Origin: Alphaproteobacteria bacterium
Lineage (GTDB): Bacteria; Pseudomonadota; Alphaproteobacteria; Caulobacterales; Caulobacteraceae
DNA: 40,391 nt
Assembly (NCBI GenBank): GCA_043743295.1
Contig: JAYTWT010000129.1
Span: forward strand, 1-40,391
Direction of reading: 5' to 3'
The notes under the pieces were generated by a model. That model searched no databases. It had not been told where the DNA came from and saw only the letters and a program-made list of their open reading frames with translations. Positions 1 through 10,300 of the stretch are shown here, piece by piece. A program made the position numbers and the translations under genes. Each line of letters starts with the position of its first letter. Positions within the stretch are counted from its first letter, which is position 1.

Positions 1-86
1 GCCCCCCTCATTCGGCGGATACAGGCCTTGGCTTTGCCCGACCGAACCCCGTAGCATCCCGTTCGTAGGAATCTTGGGGTGGGCGA

Positions 87-1391
87 ATGGCGGACGACAC
101 GATAGGTAGCGGCGAGAAGACGCCCTGGGCACGCATCAAGGCCATCGTCGGCGGTTCGGCTGGAAATCTGGTCGAATGGTACGACTGGTTCGCCTACACC
201 TCGACGAGCCTCTATTTCGCCAAGCATTTCTTTCCCGGCGAAGACCCGGTTGGCCAGCAACTCCAGACAGCGGCCATCTTTGCCGCTGGGTTCATTGCCC
301 GTCCGTTGGGTGCCTGGCTGATGGGCATGTACGCGGATAGAGCGGGACGGAAAGCGGCCTTGACCCTGTCGGTCGCCTTGATGAGCCTCGGGTCTTTCGC
401 CATCGCTATCTTGCCGGTCTACGCTCAGGTCGGGATTTGGGCGCAGCTGGCGCTGTTGGCCTGCCGGCTGGTCCAGGGACTATCGCTGGGCGGAGAGTAT
501 GGGGCTAGCGCCACCTATATGGCCGAGATGGCGGGCCACAAGCGGCGCGGCTTCTGGTCGTCGTTCCAGTACACCACCCTGGTGGCGGGCCAACTGACTG
601 CCCTGCTGGTACTGGTGACGCTGCAGCACACCTTGTCCCCGGCCGACCTAGACGCCTGGGGCTGGCGCATTCCGTTTGTGATCGGCGGCTTGCTGGCGGT
701 GGTGGTGTTCTGGATGCGCTCGGGCCTGGAAGAGACCAAGTCGTTTCAGACGGCTGCTGAAGGTTCACAAAAGCGCGGCAGCACCCTCACCCTGTTCCGC
801 GACCACCCGCGCGAGACCGCCACAATCCTGGCGCTTACCGCCGCCGGGTCGCTGTCGTTCTATGCTTACACGACCTACATGCAGAAGTTCCTGGTCAACA
901 CGACTGGCTTCACCAAGGACACGGCTACCGGCGTGATGGCGGCGGTGCTGATCCTCTATATGTTGGTCCAGCCCGCTATGGGCTGGCTATCGGATCACGT
1001 CGGTCGCAAGACGACCATCGCGGTAGGCCTCAGCCTCGGTGCCTTGGCGACCTATCCGGTGATGAGCGCCATCGCGGTGGCGGGTGCGCCAATGGAAGCC
1101 TTCGGCCTGATCATGATCTTGGTGCTCTGCCACTCGGGCTATTCGGCGGTGAACGCCGCCGTTAAGGCTGAGATGTTCCCCGCCCACGTTCGCGCCCTGG
1201 GCGTTGCCCTACCCTACGCCCTGGCCAACGCGATCTTCGGCGGCACGGCCGAGTACGCTGCCGGGTGGCTCAAGAGAGCGGGCCACGAGAGCGTTTTCTA
1301 CGGCTATGTCGCGGCGGTGATGGCCGTGGCGGCGATTGTGGCCGTGCGGATGCGCAACACCAACAAGACCAGTCTCATCCAGGAGGAATAG
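87..1391 (+). CDS. kgtP: MFS metabolite:H+ symporter, alpha-ketoglutarate permease (KgtP)-like
   Basis: 434-aa hydrophobic ORF with MHS-family motifs GNLVEWYDW, RPLGAWLMG.YADRAGRK, RLVQGLSLGGEYG, WGWRIPF and EMFPAHVRALGVALPYA. Substrate is inferred from family resemblance only. Confidence 0.85.
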   Translation: MADDTIGSGEKTPWARIKAIVGGSAGNLVEWYDWFAYTSTSLYFAKHFFPGEDPVGQQLQTAAIFAAGFIARPLGAWLMGMYADRAGRKAALTLSVALMSLGSFAIAILPVYAQVGIWAQLALLACRLVQGLSLGGEYGASATYMAEMAGHKRRGFWSSFQYTTLVAGQLTALLVLVTLQHTLSPADLDAWGWRIPFVIGGLLAVVVFWMRSGLEETKSFQTAAEGSQKRGSTLTLFRDHPRETATILALTAAGSLSFYAYTTYMQKFLVNTTGFTKDTATGVMAAVLILYMLVQPAMGWLSDHVGRKTTIAVGLSLGALATYPVMSAIAVAGAPMEAFGLIMILVLCHSGYSAVNAAVKAEMFPAHVRALGVALPYALANAIFGGTAEYAAGWLKRAGHESVFYGYVAAVMAVAAIVAVRMRNTNKTSLIQEE

Positions 1392-1396
1392 CGGCG

Positions 1397-1732
1397 CTAC
1401 AGCCCGAGTTCCGCCCGCAGCGCGCGCGTCAGCTTGGCGGAGACGAGGCTATGGGCCGTGGCCAGCCAACCGCTGAGATCTATGGCTTCTAGTCCATCCA
1501 TATCGACAACGACCCAGTGGCCTTTCGCAAAATATGGCGCCTGGCGGCCGGGGCCATCGTCGGTCAGTACGACGAACCCGATCTCGGTGACCTTGAACGC
1601 CACGCCATTGTCGAAGCCGCAGACGGCGAACACCTTACCGCCGACCTTGTAGACATCTGAACCGCCCCACTGCACCACATGTGTGACGGCGGGCAGCGCC
1701 ATGGCGCAGGTCATAACCTGCTCGCGGGTCAA
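1397..1732 (-). CDS. MmcQ/YjbR family protein
   Basis: Start re-called at TTG 1732, because the longer track ORF overlaps msrA. MTREQV..CAMALP...WGGSDVYKVGGKVFA...APYFAKGHWV...HSLVSAKLTR is the typical YjbR/MmcQ pattern. It lies 10 bp downstream of msrA. Confidence 0.85.
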   Translation of the reverse strand: MTREQVMTCAMALPAVTHVVQWGGSDVYKVGGKVFAVCGFDNGVAFKVTEIGFVVLTDDGPGRQAPYFAKGHWVVVDMDGLEAIDLSGWLATAHSLVSAKLTRALRAELGL

Positions 1733-1742
1733 GGACCGTGCC

Positions 1743-2393
1743 CTAGACGGTGACCCCGACACCGATTGGACAGGTGACCCCCGTGCCGCCGATGCCGCAG
1801 TAGCCGCCTGGGTTCTTGGCCAGGTATTGCTGGTGATAGTCCTCGGCAAAATAGAACAGCCCGGCGGGCGCGATCTCGCTGGTGATCCGGCCATAGCCCT
1901 GCTTGGACAGTTCTGCCTGGAACACCGCCTTTGAGGCCTCGGCAACAGCCAACTGTGTCTCGCTGATGACATAGACGCCCGAACGATACTGGCTGCCGAT
2001 GTCATTGCCCTGGCGCATCCCCTGAGTGGGATCGTGGCCCTCCCAGAACACCTTCATCAGGTCAGCGAACGTCACGATCTTTGGATCGAACACGACCAGG
2101 ACGGATTCCGTGTGGCCGGTGCGGCCCGAACAGACCTCTTCGTAGGTGGCATTGGGCGTGTGACCCTGCTGGTAGCCGACCGCTGTGACCACCACGCCCG
2201 GAACCTGCCAAAGGATACGCTCAACGCCCCAGAAGCAGCCCATCGCAAAGTAGGCCGTCTCCAAATCGTCGGCATATGGCCCCTTCAAGGCCTGACCGTT
2301 CACGAAATGCCGCTGCGCGGTCGGAAGAGGGTTAGGGCGGCCAGGCAACGCCGTGGCGGCGGTCGGTAGGTCGAGCGGCTTCTTGAAAAACAT
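1743..2393 (-). CDS. msrA: peptide-methionine (S)-S-oxide reductase MsrA
   Basis: Active-site [38 protein letters not shown] and [19 protein letters not shown] motifs. ATG at 2393 with GGAGG upstream. Confidence 0.97.
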   Translation of the reverse strand: MFFKKPLDLPTAATALPGRPNPLPTAQRHFVNGQALKGPYADDLETAYFAMGCFWGVERILWQVPGVVVTAVGYQQGHTPNATYEEVCSGRTGHTESVLVVFDPKIVTFADLMKVFWEGHDPTQGMRQGNDIGSQYRSGVYVISETQLAVAEASKAVFQAELSKQGYGRITSEIAPAGLFYFAEDYHQQYLAKNPGGYCGIGGTGVTCPIGVGVTV

Positions 2394-2554
2394 CGGACGC
2401 CTCCAGGATATCGGGTCTGGTCCTAAATAGTGCACGCCATCGTGTTTTGCACCTTGCCACGCATCGGTGAACCGTTGCGACACATGCGGGCATATACGGC
2501 GAGGCCCAAATTTCGGGCTGTGTGAAGGCTAAGCCCTACTCGGAGAATACGGCA

Positions 2555-3478
2555 ATGCGGCTGTTGAGAACCTTTTTGTTGGCCGGTGCGATGGCAAGCC
2601 TTGGCGTGGCCGGCGCGCTGGCCGCGGGCGGCGGCGGCGGCGGGGGTGGCGTTGAGGCACCCTCAGCCTCAGCGCAGCAGTACAATCCCGCAGAGGAATA
2701 CGCCAAGGCGGTTCAGGCTCTGCAAGCCAGGGACTATAAGTCCGCGGCCCGCGCCGCCCAACACGTGACGGAAGCCGCACCCAAGAGCCTGGACGGCTGG
2801 CGGGTCCTAGGTATCGCTCATTCGGGATCCGAGAATTGGAAAGGCGCAAAACGCGCCTATGAGCGGGCGGTCAAACTCGGCCCCGACGACCTAGCCAGTC
2901 GAGGCGGCTTGGGCCTAGCCCTGGCCAACCTCAAGGACGCCAAGGCGCAGGAGCAGTTGGACTGGCTGAAGGCCAAGGCCGGTGCCTGCGGCGCCGGGTG
3001 CGATCCGGCCATGTTGAAGTCGCTGACGGCGGACGTCGAAAAGGCCATGACCGGCACGCCACAGCCCAGCGCCGCGCTCTCCCAAGGCGCATTGATCTTC
3101 GCAGCGGATACCGGTGACCGGGCCTATTTCGAGGCCGTCAGCTTGATCAACGAGCATCGCTATGACGCAGCGCTGGCCTCGTTGGATAAGGCAAGGGCCG
3201 CGTTTGGGCCGCACCCCGACGTTTTGACCTATCAGGGCTACGCTTGGCGCAAGAAGGGCCAATTCGAACGGGCCGAGCAATACTATCAACAGGCCCTTGC
3301 TGTTGCACCCAACCATCGCGGCGCCACGGAATACTTCGGTGAGCTGAAGGTGGAGCGCGGCGATACACCGGGCGCGCGTCAGATGCTCGCCAAGCTGGAC
3401 CGCATCTGCACTTTCGGGTGCGCCGAGGCTGAGGAGTTGCGCCGTTGGATCGACGCCGGCGGCGAGCCTGGACGCTAA
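2555..3478 (+). CDS. exported tetratricopeptide-repeat protein
   Basis: ATG 2555 after GGAG; signal peptide ending ALA followed by poly-Gly. TPR-like helices (AKRAYERAVKLGP, AEQYYQQALAVAPNHRGATEYFGEL). Two CxxxC motifs (CGAGC, CTFGC). Confidence 0.85.
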   Translation: MRLLRTFLLAGAMASLGVAGALAAGGGGGGGGVEAPSASAQQYNPAEEYAKAVQALQARDYKSAARAAQHVTEAAPKSLDGWRVLGIAHSGSENWKGAKRAYERAVKLGPDDLASRGGLGLALANLKDAKAQEQLDWLKAKAGACGAGCDPAMLKSLTADVEKAMTGTPQPSAALSQGALIFAADTGDRAYFEAVSLINEHRYDAALASLDKARAAFGPHPDVLTYQGYAWRKKGQFERAEQYYQQALAVAPNHRGATEYFGELKVERGDTPGARQMLAKLDRICTFGCAEAEELRRWIDAGGEPGR

Positions 3479-4401
3479 CGCTGGTCCTGGCGCTGGCGGG
3501 CTCCAGCGGCCTCAAGGCGGACACCGCGGCCCCGCTTCGGGCCATGCGCTGGATTGCGCCAGGAACGGACATCGTGCGGGCGTTCGCCAGCGCACCGACC
3601 GAGTGCCTCAAACGCCCGGCCACGGAGCCGGAACGGCTGTCGGTCAAGATCGGCCGAGCCGCTTTCCGCACACCCCTGTTGCTGGGTGGCCAGGCGGCGC
3701 GGGCTGGACTGAGCTGTGAGAGTTGTCATCGGTCCGGGCGGGACAATCCTGACTTCCAGTTTCCCGGTGCCTCGGGTGCCGCCGGAACGGCGGACGTCAC
3801 GCTCTCGCTATTCTCTAGCCACCGCGGAAACGGCGTCCACGACCCCAAGACCATACCCGATTTGTCGGGTCCTAGAGACCACCTAAAAGTCGCACCAGGC
3901 GATTTGCCGGCGTTCATCCGTGGCCTCATCGTGGAAGAGTTCGACGGGGCCGAACCAACGCCTGAAACCTTAGCTGGCCTTGCGGCCTATGTCAGCGCCT
4001 TGAGCCCTGAGGCCTGTCCGCGCGAGGCCCGGACGCCGATCACGCCGACCGGTCTGCTTGCCGAGGCCCGCCGCGCCGTCCGCGCCGCGCGAGGGACAAC
4101 CGACGCGCGCACCGCCGTCCTGATGATCGCTGCCGCTCGCGCTCAGTTGGGGCTGATCGACGAGCGCTTTGACGAGCTCCCCACTGAACGCGCGCACCTG
4201 CGAAGCGCCGACGCCCAGCTGGCAAGCCTTCAGGACGCGCTACGCCGAGGCCGATCAGAGGCGTCCAAATTGGCCTCCAACTGGCTCATCACATCGGCGG
4301 CGTTGGACCGAGCGCTAAGCGCGAGGGCGAGCCAATCCCTGTTCAATCCCGCCCACCTCTCCCAAGCCGCGAACCGCCGCTTGCCCGCCAAGCCCACCTA
4401 A
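3445..4401 (+). CDS. exported monohaem c-type cytochrome domain protein (N-terminus resembles the cytochrome c peroxidase/MauG first haem domain)
   Basis: Basic-hydrophobic signal peptide; single CxxCH in GRAAFRTPLLLGG...LSCESCH. Overlaps the TPR gene; exact start uncertain. Confidence 0.65.
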   Translation: MDRRRRRAWTLTLVLALAGSSGLKADTAAPLRAMRWIAPGTDIVRAFASAPTECLKRPATEPERLSVKIGRAAFRTPLLLGGQAARAGLSCESCHRSGRDNPDFQFPGASGAAGTADVTLSLFSSHRGNGVHDPKTIPDLSGPRDHLKVAPGDLPAFIRGLIVEEFDGAEPTPETLAGLAAYVSALSPEACPREARTPITPTGLLAEARRAVRAARGTTDARTAVLMIAAARAQLGLIDERFDELPTERAHLRSADAQLASLQDALRRGRSEASKLASNWLITSAALDRALSARASQSLFNPAHLSQAANRRLPAKPT

Positions 4402-4416
4402 GCGTATATGCCCGCC
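4381..4416 (+). promoter_or_regulatory. putative sigma70-type promoter of tRNA-Ser
   Basis: TTGCCC-N18-TATATG followed by GC-rich CCCGCC, about 35 bp upstream of the tRNA. Confidence 0.35.
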
Positions 4417-4450
4417 TTCCAGCGGGGACCCACTCCTCCCGCAGGCGAAC

Positions 4451-4540
4451 GGTGCGGTGGCCGAGTGGTTGAAGGCGCACGCTTGGAAAGCGTGTTTAGG
4501 GGAAACTCTAACGTGGGTTCGAATCCCACCCGCACCGCCA
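4451..4540 (+). tRNA. tRNA-Ser(GGA)
   Basis: 90 nt. Acceptor stem GGTGCGG/CCGCACC, discriminator G and encoded CCA; D-arm GGCCGAGTGGTTGAAGGC; anticodon arm CACGC-TTGGAAA-GCGTG; long variable arm; T-loop GGTTCGAATCC. Confidence 0.98.
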
Positions 4541-4784
4541 ACCATGCCCACAACGATGTCTCGATCGACAGCCCCCCGACCTAAGGGGCGGAAACTACGG
4601 GCATCGAGAGCTACCACGTCCCGTCAGCACACCCGCGGGTGCCGGGCTACTGCGGCGACGAAGACACCCGAGATGATGTCTGGCCCGGAATGCGCCACGT
4701 CAACCCCACCACTCTGGTGAAGTTTGGTCCCTCACAGGCGTGACGGATCTACAGTTCGGCGTGGCAAAGCGCCGCTCGCGCCGA

Positions 4785-4813
4785 TTGACAGAGAGATAGG
4801 TGTCAAGCATAAA
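4785..4813 (+). promoter_or_regulatory. putative sigma70 promoter of the CocE/NonD gene
   Basis: Perfect TTGACA at 4785-4790, 17-bp spacer, then AT-rich CATAAA(TT), about 50 bp upstream of the ATG. Confidence 0.5.
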
Positions 4814-4829
4814 TTGGTAGGTATACCAA
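4814..4829. promoter_or_regulatory. palindromic operator TTGGTA-N4-TACCAA (copy 1), probable TetR site
   Basis: TTGGTA-GGTA-TACCAA directly after the -10 region. The same palindrome lies upstream of the tetR gene. Confidence 0.7.
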
Positions 4830-4860
4830 CTTATAGACTCCTTGCTGGAAGGACCCGGCT

Positions 4861-6720
4861 ATGAAGTTCAACAGACGCCTCGCCTTGAAGCTGCTGGCCG
4901 GCGTCGCCGCCGTCGTCGGCCTTCCGCTGATTTCCCTTCGCGCGCTCACACCAGATCGGCTGAAGACGGTGGCGGGAACGGACCCGGGCGAACGTAAGCT
5001 CAACGGGCCTCAGGCGACGGGGCGAACATATCGCAATCTCTCTGCGCCCGACCACGTCATCGTCAGCGATCGGGATGTAAGCGTACCGACTCGCGACGGC
5101 ACCAAGTTGATGGCCGATGTCCATCGGCCCGAAAGGCCAGGGCGCTATCCCGTGCTCATCGCCGCGTCGCCCTATCCGCGGCAGGTGCAGGACCTTGGGG
5201 CGCCGATGGGGTTCATCGAAGCCGGCAGCACCGACTACTTCGTGCCGCGGGGATACGTCCACCTGATCGCAAACTGCCGCGGAACCGGTGGCTCTGGTGG
5301 GGTCTTCGGCTTCTTCAACGCTCAGGAGCGTCAGGATATGTACGATCTGGTCGAGTGGGCGGCGGCGCAACCCTGGTCCGACGGCAATGTCGGGATGATC
5401 GGGATCAGCTATTTCGCGATGACCCAAATGGAGGCGGCAGTGGAACGCCCGCCGCACCTGAAGGCGATCATGCCGCTCGCTGTCACCGTCGACACCTACG
5501 AAAGCTCTATGCATCACGGGCTGTTCAGCGGGTCCTTCATGACGCCCTTTCTGTCGATGATCGGACTGAACGCCAACCGACCCAGCTCGTTCTGGAACGG
5601 CGCCGGGCTAGACATGGTGCGCCGGGCGCTCTCGCTACCCCCGATTCACGCGCGGTTCGCCACAATGAACGGGGAAGCAGCGCTGGCGGGGCTAAAATGG
5701 CTTCTGAAACTGCCGCACGATCCGCACCCCTGGGACGACCTGTGGCGCGCGACGGCGGTGGAGCATCCCTTGCGCGACGCCTGGTGGGAGGAGCGAAACG
5801 TCCTGCCTCTGTTGGACCGTATCGAGATCCCGGTCTACCTCGGCGCCGATTGGGACAACGTCGCCCTGCACCTGCCGTCCACGTTCACGGCCTTCGAGGC
5901 GATGGCGGCAAATCCGAATGTGCGGGTCGCGATGCTTGGGGAGCATGGCCTGGCGTGGCCTTGGGAGAGTCTCCACGTCGAAGCCCTCGCTTGGTACGAC
6001 CATTGGCTGAAGGGGCGCGACACGGGCATCATGGAGGGGCCTGCGGTCCGCTACGTGCTTCCCGAAGCCGAAGGGTGGCGCTCGGCCGACGCCTGGCCCG
6101 TAAATGCCGTGACCTACCGGGCCCTCGCGTTGAAGAGCGACGGAACGCTCAACGAAGCGGAAGGAAAGATTGGTGCGCGGCAGATGCTGACGATCGGCGC
6201 CGGAACCGGACGCATGCGTCCAGGCCCGACTGATCCGCCCGCGATCCTCACCTGGACCACTGCGCCGTTGACCGCGGACATGGACATGGTTGGAGACATC
6301 GAGTTGCAGCTGGATGCGGCCAGCACCGCTGAGGACACCGCGTGGTTCGCCTTCCTCCAGGACGTCGGCCCCACCGGAGAGATCAAAACCATTACCGCCG
6401 GCTACCTTCGCGCCAGCCTGCGTCAAGTCGATGAAGCCGCCAGCCGGGTCGGGGCGCCGGTGATCCCCTGTCGGGTCGCCGAGCTCCTGCCGATTGGCGA
6501 GATCGTACACTACCGCCTCCCGCTCGTCCCCAACGCCCGCCGCTTCAAGGCCGGTCACAGCATCCGCCTGCTACTGGCGAGTGACGATCAGAATCCTGCC
6601 GTTCCCGCCATTCTGGGTTTCAGACACGCGAGCGTCGGGACGAGCAGCCTCAACACCGTTCACTCGTCGTCGCGTCTGCTCCTCCCGGTCCTACCGCCCC
6701 AAGCGGCGGTCAAGGTCTGA
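4861..6720 (+). CDS. CocE/NonD family serine hydrolase (peptidase S15-like) with probable Tat signal
   Basis: TRDGTKLMADVHRP, RGYV...NCRGTGGSGG, QPWSDGNVGMIGISY (nucleophile Ser-Tyr), AWYDHWLKG, and a PepX_C-like C-terminus (RFKAGHSIRL). N-terminal NRRLALKLL plus a hydrophobic stretch. Confidence 0.92.
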   Translation: MKFNRRLALKLLAGVAAVVGLPLISLRALTPDRLKTVAGTDPGERKLNGPQATGRTYRNLSAPDHVIVSDRDVSVPTRDGTKLMADVHRPERPGRYPVLIAASPYPRQVQDLGAPMGFIEAGSTDYFVPRGYVHLIANCRGTGGSGGVFGFFNAQERQDMYDLVEWAAAQPWSDGNVGMIGISYFAMTQMEAAVERPPHLKAIMPLAVTVDTYESSMHHGLFSGSFMTPFLSMIGLNANRPSSFWNGAGLDMVRRALSLPPIHARFATMNGEAALAGLKWLLKLPHDPHPWDDLWRATAVEHPLRDAWWEERNVLPLLDRIEIPVYLGADWDNVALHLPSTFTAFEAMAANPNVRVAMLGEHGLAWPWESLHVEALAWYDHWLKGRDTGIMEGPAVRYVLPEAEGWRSADAWPVNAVTYRALALKSDGTLNEAEGKIGARQMLTIGAGTGRMRPGPTDPPAILTWTTAPLTADMDMVGDIELQLDAASTAEDTAWFAFLQDVGPTGEIKTITAGYLRASLRQVDEAASRVGAPVIPCRVAELLPIGEIVHYRLPLVPNARRFKAGHSIRLLLASDDQNPAVPAILGFRHASVGTSSLNTVHSSSRLLLPVLPPQAAVKV

Positions 6721-6787
6721 GCCCGCGGCCCGGCGCGGACGCCCTTCAGGTTGGGTTGGTTCGATGCGCTGGGCCACGGGAAGACGC

Positions 6788-7342
6788 TCAGCGATCGGCT
6801 TCGGGAAAGAGCTGCTGGAGCACGATCTGAAGCAATCGAGCCGCGCGTCGCTGACCCTCCGAACTGCCGTCCCCAGTCGCAAGATTGATCACCGCCAGAC
6901 CCACCGCAAGCCCATGCAGGATTAGGAGACTGTCGGGATTTGGCTCAGACTGGCCCCTGGTCAGAGCCACCGCACTTCTCTGCGCGATGCCGATGGCAAG
7001 ACGCCTGAACGTCGCCTTGATCGAGGGCTCGGTGTCGGCGGCTCCGGCCAAAGCCATCATCACCCTGGTATTGTCCGGGCGGATGGCGATGTCCGCGATG
7101 CTTGCAGCGACCGACTGCCGGCTTTGGCCGTCAAGCGAGCGGTCTAGCTCCGCGAGCAGCGCGTCCGTCGCCGCTTCCCCTGTCGCCACCAGCAGGTCCA
7201 GCCTGGTGGGGTAGTAGTAGGTCAGGTGGCTCTGACGCAGGCCTGAGCGCAGCGCGATCCTCGGTTGAGTGAAGCCCGCTAGGCCCTGCTCACGCAGGAC
7301 GCCCAGCGCCGCATCGAGGATGAGTTGTCGCCTGTCGTTCAT
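6788..7342 (-). CDS. TetR/AcrR family transcriptional regulator
   Basis: N-terminal HTH RRQLILDAALGVLREQGLAGFTQPRIALRSGLRQSHLTYYYPTRLDLL; 184 aa. Confidence 0.92.
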   Translation of the reverse strand: MNDRRQLILDAALGVLREQGLAGFTQPRIALRSGLRQSHLTYYYPTRLDLLVATGEAATDALLAELDRSLDGQSRQSVAASIADIAIRPDNTRVMMALAGAADTEPSIKATFRRLAIGIAQRSAVALTRGQSEPNPDSLLILHGLAVGLAVINLATGDGSSEGQRRAARLLQIVLQQLFPEADR

Positions 7343-7348
7343 TCCGCC

Positions 7349-7370
7349 GCCTTGGTAATCTTACCAAGGC
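7349..7370. promoter_or_regulatory. palindromic operator TTGGTA-N4-TACCAA (copy 2), probable TetR autoregulatory site
   Basis: GCCTTGGTAA-TC-TTACCAAGGC, a perfect 10-bp inverted repeat 6 bp upstream of the tetR ATG. Confidence 0.75.
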
Positions 7371-7394
7371 TGATGGCGCCGCGCCTTTCGGCTG

Positions 7395-10300
7395 TCAATC
7401 GGACGCATGCCAAGCCGCTTTTCGACCGGCTGCACCAGCGAAGGCTCCTGGCGTCTCGGTGACACTGGTAGCGTCGGAGGCTAGGGGGATGCCCGAGCGC
7501 GGCAGCGCCCTTGCGCCGTCGCCGACGATCGAGAAAGCTGCCCAATAGTAGGGGTGCGAATAGGCGTCGTCCCTGGCGATGAAGCTGCGCTCGGCTTCAA
7601 CTAATGCTTCGCCCTGTGTTACGGCGCTCGACGTGAACAACGCAGACATCAGGATCTCGGTGGCCTCGGAACTCACCTCCCAGTTTGACACCAAGAGGTT
7701 GCGCGCGCCAGCGTAGGTGAAGGTGGAAACTAGGCCGCCGAGCGCTGCACCGCCACCGCCGTCTTCGAGGCCGGCACCGGTATCGCAGGCAGACAACACA
7801 ACCAGATCGGCATCGAGTTGAAGGCCAGGAATTTCGCTGGTGTCCAGCAGGGAGTCCCCGCCCGGTCCGGCCTGCGATGTTACCAGGGCCGGCTGAAGGC
7901 ACCCATTGGCCTCCGGTAGCAGGCCGTGCGTAGCGAAATAGAGGACGCGATACTGATCCAACGCGCCTTCAAAGCCGCCGCCGTTCTTTATTCGCTCATC
8001 CGTGAACGCCTCCCCGGAGATGACGCTATCCGGGGCCCCCACCGCCTTGGCGACGAACCGGACCTCCGACGCGGCTTCCGGCAGTTGGGGCAAAGCGCGC
8101 AGCTGGTTGCGGAACGTAGCGCAGAAGTCCGCACCGCCAGCGATGCTGATAGACCAGGCGGGCGCAGTGACACTCCCGAATGCTGTCGGTCCGGTCGCAA
8201 TGAGCGGATCGGCGAAACCGAGGAACGGCTTTAGCGCTCGGCTGGGACGGCTACGACGCGTGTTCCAGAACGCCGCAGTAGATACTGAGACCGAGGTATC
8301 AAGGCGCGAGGCGAGCCAACTGACGCCCTTGTACGAAACTTCGGTTTTCGTGCGCCGCGCGGCCTCGACGTTACGTGCTAAGACCGCCTGGCTTTCAGTG
8401 TCGGTCACGAGGGCACCGATCGGTACGCCGATCATCGTTGGATCCGGTTGGTAAATCAGTCGCTGGATACCGGCCAGTTGCGGTTCAATCGGGCCCAGGA
8501 CCTTCTGATAGAGCCGATGGGCCAGTTCGACATCCCAATCTCCCAACAGCCCTGACGAGACCTCGCCCAGCGGATCCCTCAGCCGCGCGGCCAGCTGCCG
8601 CGCCTCCGTTCGACTAAGGTCGACGGCGAACGGGCGCACCTCACCACGGGTGATCAACAAGCCGTAGCCTCGGTTCGCCAGCAACATGACCTTTAGGTAG
8701 GCCTCACCGTCCTTCAGCTCGCTCTGCAAGTCCTTGCTGGTCACCGTTGTGCTGAGGGCCGTGGCATAGCGCGGGTTGGCGTCGAACAAGCGCCGCTCAA
8801 GTTCATTGGCTTGCTTGCGCAGGTCCTCAAGCTCACCGTCGGCTTTGGCGCGGATCTCGCCGGAATAGGCACCAGCGCGCTGAAGCCGACGGATCTCCTG
8901 GTCCTTTTGGGCCACCAGCCGCAGCGTCGCGTCACGCGCTCTTGAGATGCCTGCGCTGGCGGTGCCTTCCGAGCTCAGACGCTCGGCAAACTGCAGCGAC
9001 GCCGCCGCAGTGGATTCGCCGACCAGGGCCTCAGAGCTCGCAAAGAACCGTTGCGCATCGGCGGCGTGAGCGGCCGGGTCATTGGCGATCCGGCGCAGCA
9101 GGATATCGAAATAGTCCGCGGCGGCGTCCGCCGATGCGCCCAGGGCACCGCGCTTGATCTGAAAGATAGCGAAGGCCCGCTCAAAGTCGGCCAAGGCCTC
9201 GTCCTCGGCACCGTTCGCCGCCTTCGCACGCGCGAGTTCGAGAATGTAGCGCCCGAGCGGCAGCGAATCTGCGTCCTGAGCCTCGTAAATGGCGAGCGCC
9301 GCCTCGATCCGAAGCACGGCGAGTTGCGGAGAACCGTCATTGCGGTCGAGGCCCGCCAAGTCCACCTGCAGTCGCATCACCAGCCAAGGCGCTGCCGATC
9401 CAAGGATGTCGGCTCCGCGGGGTCGGCCCAGGATGTCCAAGGCGGTCTGTAGGCTCTGGCGCGCTTCCGGGTGCCGTTTCAGGGCTTCTTGGGAGGTGCC
9501 AATAATCTGCCACGCCTGGGCGTCGCGGACCGCTTCGCGATCATCGGCAGAAAGCTGTAGACTAGGCATCTTGCCCTGAGCGTTGAGCGCAACGGAAGCG
9601 GCGTGGCCGAGCTTGAGGTCGGATCCCGACGCTGTGACCAGACCCGTCGCGGCCGGCACTGCGGTACTGCGCCGCAGGTCGATGGCTTGGCGAGCTAGCG
9701 TGATGGCCACTTCGAACCGGCGTTGATTGCGCGCGTGGGCGGCCAGGACATTGAACGACAGCGCGCTCAGGGGCGCACTGGAGGCCTCGCTGACCAGTGG
9801 GGCGGCGGCTTTGAAATAGGCCTCCGCCTCCACAAATCGGCCACCGTTCGAGGCGTTGATGGCCACATTGAGATAGGCCTCAGCCTGATCGACGGGACTG
9901 AGCCTGGCCAGCGTGCTTCCGGCTAACTGGCTGAAGCGGGACTCTGCGTCACCGAATTGCCAGAGTTGGGCTTCGAGATAGGCCGACTCTCGTTGCTTGG
10001 CGGCAGAATTTCCGCTGGCTTCCGCTGCGGCGTTGAGAGTTTCGATCTGACCGCTGAGGACTGTTCCCAGGTTGGCGGTCTGCTCGCTGGTCGCGGCCGG
10101 GGGTCTGGTCCGACCGAGCACGACCTTTACGCCCGTGGCCAGCACATCGCCGATCGCGGCATAGCCCTCGGCGGCGATGACGTCGCGACGATCGCGCGCC
10201 TCATAGATGATATAACCCACGCCGAGCGGTTTGCTTTTGCAGGCCGCAACAACCGTCTTGGTGAGTAACGGATCTGCGACGACCGCCGCCGGTTCGCAGG

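Noticed and set aside
2626-2650. GGC run as a contingency repeat
   Set aside because: An in-frame poly-Gly linker with mixed codons after the signal peptide; length changes would not switch expression.
4315-4720. ORFs 4315-4617 (-) and 4457-4720 (+)
   Set aside because: They overlap the tRNA-Ser gene and are spurious translations.
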